Below the pieces are notes generated by a model. It worked only from the letters and a program-made list of their open reading frames with translations, made no database searches and was not told the DNA's origin. From Thraustochytrium aureum (Eukaryota), in NCBI GenBank assembly GCA_012862495.1, contig BLSG01000206.1, positions 18,978-52,369 on the forward strand: DNA of 33,392 nucleotides, given 5' to 3'. The translations under genes were made by a program, and so were the position numbers. How positions within the stretch are numbered: position 1 is the first letter of the stretch; each line of letters starts with the position of its first letter. Below are positions 1 to 11,200 of the stretch, one piece after another.

Positions 1-3000
1 GCTGCTGCTGCTCTTGCTGCTCTTGCTGCTTGATGCGGAGGAGCTCGAGCTTGAGTCGGAGCTGGAGTCCTTCTTCTTCTTCTTGCTCTTCTTGTCGTCC
101 TTGCTCTTCTTGTCGTCCTTGCCCTTCTTGTCGCCCTTGCCCTTCTTGTTGGCCTTCTTCGGCTCGTAGTCTTTGCACGCTTTGAGGACGGCAAAACGCT
201 TTGTCATTGCGATCCCGGCCGCTTTCAGCTCTAGGTGGGACCCGCTCTTGCCTGCCGCCAAGGTGAACCCAGCCTTCTTCGCCTTTTTGATATACTCCTC
301 GAGGCCCAGCTCCGTGAGGATTTTCTCAACCGCATCATCGTCTCCTCCAGAGCTGCTCCCCGAGGTAGACGACTTGCTTGAGCCGCTACTGGAACCGCTG
401 CTGCTGCTGCTGCTGTCGTTGCTGCTGGAACTTGAATCTCCTCCTTTCTTCTTCTTGCCCTTCTTGTCGTCCTTGCCCTTCTTGTCGTCTTTGCCCTTCT
501 TGTCATCCTTCCCTTTCTTGTCGTCCTTGCCCTTCTTGTCGTCCTTCTTGACTTTTTCGGCTTGAAGTCTTTGAATGCGGAGATGATCTGGTCGCGGTGC
601 GAGAAGAGCGAGACGCCCGCGCTGCGCAAGTCGGCATGCGAGGCGCCCTGGCCCTTCTTGAGCGTGTCGATGCCAGCCTTCTTCAGGCCCTTGAAGTGCT
701 GATCCATCTTGACGCTCTTGAGGACAGCCTTGACTGGGTTGCCGCCGCTGGCGTTGGAGCTACTGCTCGAGGAGGTTGATGAGGAGTCGCTTGAGCTGCT
801 GCTGTCCGAGGCTGCCTTTTTGCCCTTCTTCTTCGCCTTGGCCTTCGCGTCGCTGCTGTCCGAGTCGCTGCTGCTATCTGAGTCGCTCGAGTCGTCCTTC
901 TTCTACCTTTCTTGCCATCTTTCGCCTTGGCTTTGGCCTTTGCTGCGGCCGCAGCCGCAAGGGCGAGGGACGACTTTTTCTTCTTCTTCTTGTCGTCCGT
1001 CTCGCTCGAGTCCGAATCGGAGGAGGAGGAGGAGGAGGAGCTGCTGCTGGTGGCGGCGTCTCCCTTCTTCTTCGCCTTGCCCTTCGCCTTGCCTTTGGCG
1101 GACGCTTTCTTGCCCTTCTTGCCAGACTTCTTTTTCGGCACGTACTCGCGAAAGACTTCCATGATAGCCTTGCGCTTGGAGAAGAGGCCGACGCCAGCTT
1201 TGCGCAATCACTGTGACCTGCGCTCTTGCACTTTTCTATCGTGTCGAGCCCGCCCGACTTGAGGAGGGCAAAGTGGGGGCCGAGGTCGCTTTTCTTCAGG
1301 ACGCGCTTGATCTCTTTCAACTCGCCTTCGTCGCTTTCGCCGCTCGAGCCGTCTGAGCTCGCGTCGTCCGAGTCGCTGGAGCTGTCCGAGCCACTTTCAG
1401 AGGTGTTCGCGTCCTTTTTCTTGGACTTGGCACTGGTCTTGGACGCCTTCTTCCCCTTTTCGTCATTGTCGCTCCCTTGGCCGAGCTCCTTCATTTTGGA
1501 AATGATGATGTCAGCGTGCGCCACGCTCTTCACGCCCCCATCCTTGAGGTTGCGGTGCGTGACGCCGTCAAAGTCGCGCACGGCGCGGTATCCCGCGCGC
1601 GCTAAGGACACCTTGTACCTCTCAGCGCTAGGTCGTCCAGAATGTCGTTCAACTCCTTCTCGATCTCCACGTCAGAGCCATTCTCCTCGGACCCTGAAGC
1701 AGCCGACTCGGCCGAGTGCTCTTCGACAGCTTGTTTCACGCGGTCGAGCAAAACACGGCGATGCGCGTACACTTCGATGCCAATCTTGGCCAGCGCAGGC
1801 ATCGTCATGTCCTTGACTTCTTCCAGGGATACCTTGTCGGCGATCTGAAAGTGGTGCTTGTACTGAGGAATGCCGATTGTGTTGAGCAGGTGCTCAAAGT
1901 CCGGGTCGAGCTTGCGCAGGTGGGCCCGGGACGAGCTGGTTTGCGCGAGATCGAGTGCGTGCGCGTCAACGACTTGCCGCGGTCGCGCGTCGCTGGCGCA
2001 GCTACGGAGACGCCGCGCGCAGCTCGGGGCTCGAGAGCCGCTCCGATGGCGGCCGGCAACGACCCGAGGTGCTGCGCGACGGGCGCGTGGCCCCACGGTC
2101 GAGCGAAGCCGCGCGGTGCCGCGCGGGCGCAGGCTCAACCGACTTGCCGCGCAAAGAGACGGTGACCGGGTTCTTCAGCATGCGGCGCCTGGCTTCCTTG
2201 AGAGCGGCGGATTGGAAGGCCTCCATGATCTTTTCTCGCTGCGAAGCCACAATGATGCCCTTCTCGCGGAGCGCCTGGTGGTCTAGGTCCTTGGCGCGGG
2301 TCAGCGAGTAGTTTTCGAACAGCGCCTGATACTGCTCGTACCCGATGCTGATGAGAACCCGTTGAGCTGGGCTCAGTCCGTCGCTGGCCTCGCTAAACCC
2401 GTCTTCTTCAGACTGAGAGGCGCCTTCGGAGGACGCTGACTCGGAGAGCGCGTCCTCGGCGGCCTGACCCAAGTCGAAGCCCTCCTCTGAAGAGAGCTCG
2501 GAGCCCGACGCAGACAAGACGTCGTTGCCGCTTGCCTCCTGGCTCTGCCGTTTGCGCCTGCGCCTCGCCATGGGCGCCTCAGCGCGCGCCTCGTCCTCCG
2601 AGGGCGTCTGGTAGTTGAGGAAAAGGTGGATGATGGCAGCGCGGTCCTTGAACAGGTCGATGCCCCACTGCTTCAGGTCCTCGTGCTTTAGAGCCTGAGC
2701 GTCCTCCACCGTTAGGCACAGGTTGGTCTCAAAGAGTGGGATAAAGTCCTTGAACCCGTTCTTGCGCAGCGCGCGTTTGATGTCTCCAAACTCCTCGTGG
2801 GAGGCCTCTGAAATTTCGCTCGCTGCTGCGCCATTGCCGGCACCAGAGCCCAGGTGAATCGACGCGTTGAGGTCGTCATCGGAAACACCGCTCTTGCGCC
2901 TCTGCGAGTGGCGCGCGGCGGGCGGATCATGCCCAAGAGCCCCGTTACCTGCTGCGACAACGTCCTCGATCGAGGACTCGTCGTCAGAGGAGCCCAGCTC

Positions 3001-3362
3001 GGAGACGAACAGAAGGTCGTCCATTCGCTTGCGAAAGTTGAACTTGGCGCGCTTGTACTCGCGTGTGTCGACGAGGTCGTCGAGAATCCCGGACTCAGCT
3101 CCAGGTCGCGGATCATGCGCCCGATGTCTTTGTCTATGTTGTGGCTCTCGCGCGACTTGCTGCTCCGGCCTCCGCCGCCACTCGTGGCGCCTGTTGAGCT
3201 GCTTGTCCCGTTGGCCGTTCGGCTGCTCCGGCTGTGCGCCCGTGTCCGCGCCACCGACCCGCTTCTGGTCGACCCCCCATTCGATGCGCTGTGCCTCGAG
3301 GAGGCCCTGCTCGAGCTTCGCGTACGCGACTTGCTCGACGACCTCTGTCTGCTGCTGCTCAT
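1..3362 (-). CDS. Large multi-SAM-domain protein (at least 7 SAM-like repeats) with Lys-rich and poly-Ser/Asp linkers; 3' end runs off the window; split by 7 apparent 1-nt deletions
   Basis: ATG at 3362. ORF pieces 2712-3362, 2002-3024, 1805-2059, 1602-2138, 874-1611, 683-1207, 231-707 and an open frame to base 1 join by successive same-direction shifts at about 3096, 2063, 1926, 1623, 1207, 904 and 555. SAM-like units lie at about 2610-2790 (IKRALRKNGFKDFIPLF..LKHEDLKQWGI), 2213-2370 (VLISIGYEQYQALF), 1730-1905 (LLNTIGIPQYKHHF..LAKIGI), 1487-1660, 1141-1323, 563-740 and 166-335 (ILTELGLEEYIKK..LKAAGI). Confidence 0.8.
82..153 (-). repeat. Second array (x4) of the same 18-nt DDKK(G/S)K repeat
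   Basis: Units cttgctcttcttgtcgtc x2, cttgcccttcttgtcgcc and cttgcccttcttgttggc. Confidence 0.85.
454..543 (-). repeat. Coding 18-nt tandem repeat x5 encoding DDKKGK
   Basis: On the + strand the unit cttgcccttcttgtcgtc occurs 5 times with few substitutions. Confidence 0.9.
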
Positions 3363-5247
3363 CTTGCCCTTCCCCTCGCTAAACCCGCGCCTGGCGCACG
3401 TCGAAACGCAACCAGCGTAGCACCAGCCCTTTCAGACCGCAGCGCGTTCGCCAAGCGTTCGAGCCCGAGCGCACTTCCGCCCGTCCGCCCGCCCGTGCGT
3501 CCGCGCGTCCGCGTGAAAACCAGCAGCTACCTGTCCTGCGGCGTGCGNNNNNNNNNNNNNNNNNNNNNNNNNNNNNNNNNNNNNNNNNNNNNNNNNNNNN
3601 NNNNNNNNNNNNNNNNNNNNNNNNNNNNNNNNNNNNNNNNNNNNNNNNNNNNNNNNNNNNNNNNNNNNNNNNNNNNNNNNNNNNNNNNNNNNNNNNNNNN
3701 NNNNNNNNNNNNNNNNNNNNNNNNNNNNNNNNNNNNNNNNNNNNNNNNNNNNNNNNNNNNNNNNNCTTCCTTCTTTCGTTCGAGGGCGACTGCGGGCCGT
3801 GGGAGCCGTGGGTGCCGTCGGTGCCTTTCCTTCCTTCGAGCGCCGCTTCGCGCAGCCCTGCTGCCCTCTCGCTCGCTGCGCAGCGCCGTCAAACGGGCTC
3901 TGCTCCTCCCCTGCCTCGCATACATTCCACTAGGTATCGCACTCCTCCCCCACTTGTTCAGCTTTTTAAGGGACAGGCTGTCTATACATTTCATTATCAA
4001 CGTGCACGTGCACGTGCGTGTTAAAAATGACTCCGCGCTCGCAGTGGTGACCTCGCGGTGAGAGCGCGCATGTGTCGGCAACGCGGCCCGGCGGGGCGGA
4101 CGTGCACGCGCGTGCGCGGCATGCCGCCTGCGGGCCACCACGAGCGCGGCGGTCGATGCTGTTGCGGGACGCTTCTAAAGGCTTTCCGTAGCACTCGGGT
4201 AGAGTATGTACTTGCCGTCGACGACGTGCACGGCGAACGAGGCAACAACACCAGTTGACGCTGGCAAGTGAGCGCAAGGAGGACGAGCGCTCGGCCACGG
4301 CTTTCAGCTGGGAGGCCGGCCGCGTCCGGATCGCGGCGCGCACAGACACCGAGCGAGCGAGCGACCAAGCGAGCGACCAAGCGAGAGACCAAGCGACGCC
4401 AACGCGAACGCGGCAACGCGGGTCGCCCAACGGCGCTCGGCATTCCTTTATTCGCCAAAAAGCGCGGGGCTCCTGGGGCGCGGAAGGAAGGAAGGAATGC
4501 CATCATCATGATGTCCCATAATCCATTCGAAAAAAAGCGCGGCCCCAGCCAGCCAGCTCGCGCACTCACCGACCCACTGGCACCCACCCACTCACCCGCT
4601 CACTCATCACGCGCCCAAACACACACACACACAGACGGAGCGAGCCTGAGGGCGCTCCCATCGCACATTGCGGGGGCCGCTCCGCGTGTCCGTCCATCCA
4701 TCCCGCCGGCCGGGCAGGACGGCGAGCGGCCCTTGCGCTGCCCCGCTCAGCCGCAGCGGCGCCACTTGCGCCGCTTGCGCCACTCGCGTGTGCCGGCCGC
4801 CTCGCTCGCCTGCTCGGGTGCTGGCTGGCAAGAGAGCGAGCGATCGAGAGGCGCGAGGGCCTCGGAGAAACCTGTTTTGTCGTGAGGGACTGACTGACTC
4901 TGCGCGCGCGAAACAGTAGTANNNNNNNNNNNNNNNNNNNNNNNNNNNNNNNNNNNNNNNNNNNNNNNNNNNNNNNNNNNNNNNNNNNNNNNNNNNNNNN
5001 NNNNNNNNNNNNNNNNNNNNNNNNNNNNNNNNNNNNNNNNNNNNNNNNNNNNNNNNNNNNNNNNNNNNNNNNNNNNNNNNNNNNNNNNNNNNNNNNNNNN
5101 NNNNNNNNNNNNNNNNNNNNNNNNNNNNNNNNNNNNNNNNNNNNNNNNNNNNNNNNNNNNNNNNNNNNGTGCGCTCGCAGCCCACGTGCGGACGCTTGCT
5201 TGTGCCTTGGCGCTCGCGCGGCTGCGCGGCCGCGCGGCTGGCGCAGG
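3363..5247. promoter_or_regulatory. Shared upstream region (possible bidirectional promoter and 5' UTRs) of the multi-SAM gene and the myosin gene
   Basis: Lies between divergent ATGs at 3362 (-) and 5248 (+). It holds no credible protein, and contains simple repeats (gcgagcgaccaa-like about 4356-4397, CA run about 4619-4633) and two N-gaps. Confidence 0.45.
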
Positions 5248-8200
5248 ATGGCCGCAGCGATGGACGAGCACGAGCCGAGGAAAAGAAGGCGCTCCGCGGG
5301 CAAACGCGAGGAAGCGGACGGGGCTGCTGACGACGAGCTGAGCGCCGCGAACGCGGATGAGAGCAAGGGCGGCTCGCCCAGGAGCAAGGCGAGGGACGCA
5401 AAGGGAGACAGAGCAAGAAGGACGGGCGGAACCGCTGCGACAAAGGCGAGAAAGAGGCGTCCACAGCGGAAGAAACAGGGAACGGCTCGGACGCCGCCCA
5501 GGCAGAGCGCGCGCGCAAAGCAAAAGCAGAGACAGGGGAGAGCAGGGCCAGGCGCAAGGACAGAAAACACCAGGATTCCAGCCGAACCTCGTCCACAAGC
5601 AAACACCGCAGCGAGCGGCGCAAGGCCTCGCGCAGCGGCAGCGAAGACGGAGCCGAGCAGACCGCCGCCAAGCGACGGCCACGCCCGAGAGCAACGAACG
5701 AGAGCAACGCGCCGCAAGAAGAGCAAAAGGCCGCCGAGCCCCGCGATCCCTGCCGGTCCGTTTGGGTTAGCGTTGTCAGGAGGTGGTGATCGAGCAGGGC
5801 CGCGCAGGCATCGAGCTCGCTTTCGTCGAGTCAGGGCGGTCCGAGCTGGACGAGGCCTGGGCGGCCTGCCAGCAAGCCGAGGGCTCGATGGGATTCGACC
5901 GCGCGCGGATCCTGGTGCGCAGCCTGGACCCGGAAAAGTTTGCAAACTACGACGTTGCGATCGGAGATCGCGTGGTGTACATTGGCGAGCACGGCCTGGA
6001 GGCCGAGCCGGACCTCGAGCGCGCGAATGATCTGCTTGAGCGCGCACCGCGGCCTCTCGCAATAGGCCTCGCCAGGCCCATGGAGAAGTCGAGCAACCTG
6101 GCCACGCCAAAGCGCCTGCCCCCGCGCAACGCGGGCGGTGTTTGGGCGCTTGAGGACCCTGTGAGAGAAGGGAGCTCGGCGCAGCGGGTCGACGAGCCGC
6201 GGGAAGAAGAGCGCGCAGCAGAATCTTTCACAGGGGACCAGGCCGCGGAGGGCACAGCGGAGCGCGCTGGGCGTGCGCGGCGCTGCACCTTTGTCGTTCC
6301 CGCCAGCAAGGCCAAGGACGACATGTTTTTACTGAAGCGCCCGCCAGTGCGGTTTTCGCAGGCTTGGGAGCTGCAGATGCGCTGCAGCGAGTACCCGGCG
6401 CCGCCGTGGGTGCGCGACGTCTGGGTCGCTGACGCGGAGGAGGGCTACCTCCTCGCGCGCGTGGACGAGTGCCTGCGTACATCGGTTAGGGTGACGCTCC
6501 TGGACGCGGACGAGCCTCGCGTTGTTGCCGTCAACAGCGTCGCGCCCTTCCACCCGTCGCATGCCGACGACAGGGCCGGCGCTCGAGCCGCGCGCCCGCT
6601 TTGCGAGATGGACCAATTGAATATCGCAGGGGTCCTGCACGTCCTCCGTGAGAGGTACGTGGAGCGCGGAGCGGTCTATTCCTGGATCACGCGCGACAGC
6701 TTGGCGGCTATCAACCCCTGCGAAGAGGTGGAAGGCCTCTTCCGGCGCTCCGCGGCAGAGGCCGCCGCGAGCGGGGCGCAATCGGACGACAAGGCCCTCG
6801 CCGCCGACACTATACCAAGCGAGGCCAGCGTGGGGGGCGCGGGGAGCGCTGCCCACCTGTTCGAGCTTGCTGACGCCGCCTTCGAGGGCGCCACCTGCGG
6901 TCCCGCAGCGAGATCGCAGACGGTGCTGCTGAGCGGGATTTCCGGGTCTGGCAAAAGCCGCAACGCCAAGGAGATCGCCGAATACCTCGTGGGAAGCAAG
7001 CCGCTGCGGGTTTCGGCTGCCAAGCTGCGCGCCAAACTCGTCGCGTGCGGGCTGCTTATGCAGGCTTTCGGAAACGCGAGCACGGTGCGTTGCGGCGACG
7101 CTACGGGGTTCAACAAGCTGACGCGCTTGGCCCTCAAAGACGGCAAAATCGTGGGCATTTCGTTCGAGCGCCACTCGCTAGAGACGGACCGCCTCGTCCG
7201 CCACTCGCGCCACGAGCGCAGCTTCCACATTTTCTACCAGCTCTGCAACGGCTGGAAGGCCGTCAAGCNNNNNNNNNNNNNNNNNNNNNNNNNNNNNNNN
7301 NNNNNNNNNNNNNNNNNNNNNNNNNNNNNNNNNNNNNNNNNNNNNNNNNNNNNNNNNNNNNNNNNNNNNNNNNNNNNNNNNNNNNNNNNNNNNNNNNNNN
7401 NNNNNNNNNNNNNNNNNNNNNNNNNNNNNNNNNNNNNNNNNNNNNNNNNNNNNNNNNNNNNNNNNNNNNNNNNNNNNNNNNNNNNNNNNNNNNNNNNNNN
7501 NNNNNNNNNNNNNNNNNNNNNNNNNNNNNNNNNNNNNNNNNNNNNNNNNNNNNNNNNNNNNNNNNNNNNNNNNNNNNNNNNNNNNNNNNNNNNNNNNNNN
7601 NNNNNNNNNNNNNNNNNNNNNNNNNNNNNNNNNNNNNNNNNNNNNNNNNNNNNNNNNNNNNNNNNNNNNNNNNNNNNNNNNNNNNNNNNNNNNNNNNNNN
7701 NNNNNNNNNNNNNNNNNNNNNNNNNNNNNNNNNNNNNNNNNNNNNNNNNNNNTCCTGCGCGAGCTGGTGCGCCCAGCACGTCATCTGGAACCGAGGGCGA
7801 CAAGACCGAGCGGCCCGGCGGCGCGCCCTTCAGCGCCGGCGCGGCAGACCCCCATGTCAAATTCATCAACCTGCTCGAGCTCAACGGGTTCGCGTATGCC
7901 CTGGGGCGGCCCAAGACGCCCAGTGGCGCGGCGGTGGCCTCGTCTGCCTCGCAGGACACGGACAGGAGCGAGAGCGGGCAAGAGTCCGCAGAAGACCTGG
8001 AATCCCCTCTCAGTGGGGCTGGCGGGCTCGGGGACGCCACGCCGCGCGCCACCCGCCCGATGCGCATCGCCCTAACGAGCTGTGGGATGAAGACGACGAC
8101 CGAGGTGTCTCCATCACGCTTTGAGCGCTCGCAGCTGCTCTCCCTGGACGCGTTGTTCCAAAATTACACGAATGAGGTGTTTGAGCAGCTCTGCCGCCGC

Positions 8201-11200
8201 ACCATTGCCAACTCGGAGGTGGAGCGCGCGAGCGAGATCACCCGAGCAGAGTCGCCCGGCTCTGCTGGGCACTCGCCGGCCGAGCTGTTGGACCGGCAGC
8301 GCCGGCGGTTAGCGCGCGGCCAAGGCGCGATCATGGAGCTTTTCGTGGGCCAGCCCAAGGGCGTGCTCCCTGGCTCGACCAGCAGTCTCTGCTGCGCGGT
8401 CTGCGACCCAACAAGGACTCCCAGTTCGTGGTCAGCCTCAACACCGTGCAGGAGGGCGCGAAGCTCTATCAGCGCGCCACGTTCGGGTACGAGTCGTTCA
8501 AGATCAAGCACTATGGAGGGAGCCTGCTTGAGTACGATGCTCGGGGTATGGTCTCGGAGAATGCTCGGTGCATTTCCTGTGTGGCGCAGTTTCATGAGCT
8601 CTTCAACCTGGACAAGTCGCCCGTCTTGGCGTTGCTACACGACATCGCAGAGGAGCGTCGGCGCCGCGAGTCGTATGAGCAAGAGAAGCTCAACCAGCAC
8701 TCTGACGTCGTCACTCTTGCGCAGCAGCGCCGCCGCCAGGTCGCGGCACTGTCCGAGGTGGTCGAGTCCACGCGCGTGTTGTTTGTGCGCTGCATTTCGC
8801 CGAGCGTTGACGGCAAGCCGCGCTCCTGGCACGGCAACCACGTCGCTGAGCAGCTTCGGTACCTCGGCCTGCGCGAGCTCTGCCGCGCTAGGGGGCACTG
8901 TTTCCCGTTCGCTATTCCGCAGCTGAGGTCGCGCGCCGCTTTGGGTCCATATCTGGCGCCGCAAACCGCCATACTCGCGAGAGCGCGATGGGCAGCGAAC
9001 CCGACGCCAGCGCGCACGGCTGTGCGGATAGCAGCAGCGGCACTGACAGCGCGAATGCTGAACAACGCGCTCTCCTCGAACGCACCGCGGAGGCGGAGTT
9101 TGATGCAGAGGGCGGCGAAGAGGGCAGGNNNNNNNNNNNNNNNNNNNNNNNNNNNNNNNNNNNNNNNNNNNNNNNNNNNNNNNNNNNNNNNNNNNNNNNN
9201 NNNNNNNNNNNNNNNNNNNNNNNNNNNNNNNNNNNNNNNNNNNNNNNNNNNNNNNNNNNNNNNNNNNNNNNNNNNNNNNNNNNNNNNNNNNNNNNNNNNN
9301 NNNNNNNNNNNNNNNNNNNNNNNNNNNNNNNNNNNNNNNNNNNNNNNNNNNNNNNNNNNNNNNNNNNNNNNNNNNNNNNNNNNNNNNNNNNNNNNNNNNN
9401 NNNNNNNNNNNNNNNNNNNNNNNNNNNNNNNNNNNNNNNNNNNNNNNNNNNNNNNNNNNNNNNNNNNNNNNNNNNNNNNNNNNNNNNNNNNNNNNNNNNN
9501 NNNNNNNNNNNNNNNNNNNNNNNNNNNNNNNNNNNNNNNNNNNNNNNNNNNNNNNNNNNNNNNNNNNNNNNNNNNNNNNNNNCCTCTGGGCCCAAGGCCG
9601 AGGTCCTGCTGGTGGACCCTGTCACCCGCAAGCTGGTCTGGAGGCTGCCCAGCGAGGCGAACACCGCCGCCCATGCGGGGTCCGCCACAGCGGCGCTTCC
9701 GTCTGCTGTGACCGCCGCCCTTGCGCGCCGGGCCGAAGTCGGCGCCACGGACGCGGAGCGCTCAGCAGACCCGCCTGCGCACCACAAGTACAGGTTTGAG
9801 CTCGAGACGCGGGTGCGGGCGGAAGGCGAGCCCCGTCGGGTCGGATTCTGCGACCTCCTGGAGCCTGTGGATGCCCCTGCATGGGAAGCGGACTTGCGGA
9901 GCGCTCCCACACTGTGCGACCTCGTCGACCCTTCGACCACGGGTTTCGGAGAGCTCGCTCGCCGCTTTTTTAGCGCATACTTTCTGGGCGGCTCGCTGTA
10001 CCGTCTGAAGGATGGCAAGGCTGGCCAACGGTGGGCCTGGGCCGAGCGCTATTGCCTGCTGCACCGGGGAAACCTGTACCTGTTCAAGGCCGAGCAGGTA
10101 CGCGGCGTCCTGCCGGTGGACGCGTTGACGGTGATCACGGCGCTCAACTCGGTCGGCGCTTCAGAAGGCAACTATATCGAGGTTTTACCGAACGGCGAGG
10201 AAGAGGAAAAGGTGCTGCTGCGGGCCCAATCGCGCGAGGAACGAGACCGCTGGGTGCAGGGCCTGGCCTGGGTCGTCAGCTTGCGGCGCGGCCTGGAGCG
10301 CATGGAGCGCATCAAAGCCCAGCGGCCGCGCCGCGGGACCTTTGCCAACCGCGCGCTCGCCATTGCAAAGATTCGCGAAAGCGGCTCGTTCACTGGCGCT
10401 GCCGTGGACGCCCAACCCGGGGAGCTTGCGACCAAGCGCCGTGCCGAGTCCGTTCAGCGCGGCATGGCCAAGATTCTTGGTGGATCTTCTCCAGACAGCG
10501 CCGAGGGCCAGTCCAGCACGGGCCCAGACTACGGCAAAGCCGCAGGCAAGAGCGCTGGCCTCGGCGAATGCGCCAGCTCTGGGGAGCCCGCTAGTCTCGA
10601 TAGCGGTGTGTCTGGGGTGGACGGAAGCCCAGAGGACGATAACTTGGCGCCCGGACGCGACGGCGTCGGGCGCGGAACCTGTAGCCCGCCCCCGCGAGTC
10701 AGCGCCGCCGTCTCATGGCCAGCAGCGGCCGCAAGGCGATCCACCGAGGTGCCCGGTGGCAGCGATGTGTCTGGCGCAAGGAAAGCCGCGAAAGACCGCA
10801 TTCTGGCCAAGCGCATCTCGAACGGGCTCTTCCACCTTGTGAGCTCGCCCGAGTACCTGCTCGAACACGCGCCACGCACCGAGCTCCAGCCCATGGATCG
10901 CGAACGGCACTTTCGCAGGACCAGCGCAGTCAAGCTAAGCATGGGCAGGCTTGAGGAGGCGCTCGACTGCTTTGTCGCGGGTTCCGCCGTGACGGACGAG
11001 TCTGCGATGGCGAATGTGCACGCAGAGGATTTGAAGCGGGAGGAGGCTTCCCTCCTGCCGCTCCTCGTGTTTTCGGATGCCGATTTGGGCAAGAAACCGC
11101 ACCGTAGCCGCCGAAAGCGGCTCGCTGCTGCTGCAGCCGATGCTGTAGGAGCTCTCGAGGACGGTCTTGCGAAGGACGTCCTGGGCAAGGACGACCAAGA

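Noticed and set aside
82..543. 18-nt arrays as CRISPR or satellite DNA
   Set aside because: There are no spacers, the unit is a multiple of 3, variation is codon-like, and the context is eukaryotic. They are coding repeats.
173..1262. Plus-strand Leu/Phe/Ser-rich ORFs that look like membrane proteins
   Set aside because: They are antisense shadows of the Lys/Asp/Ser repeats in the multi-SAM gene.
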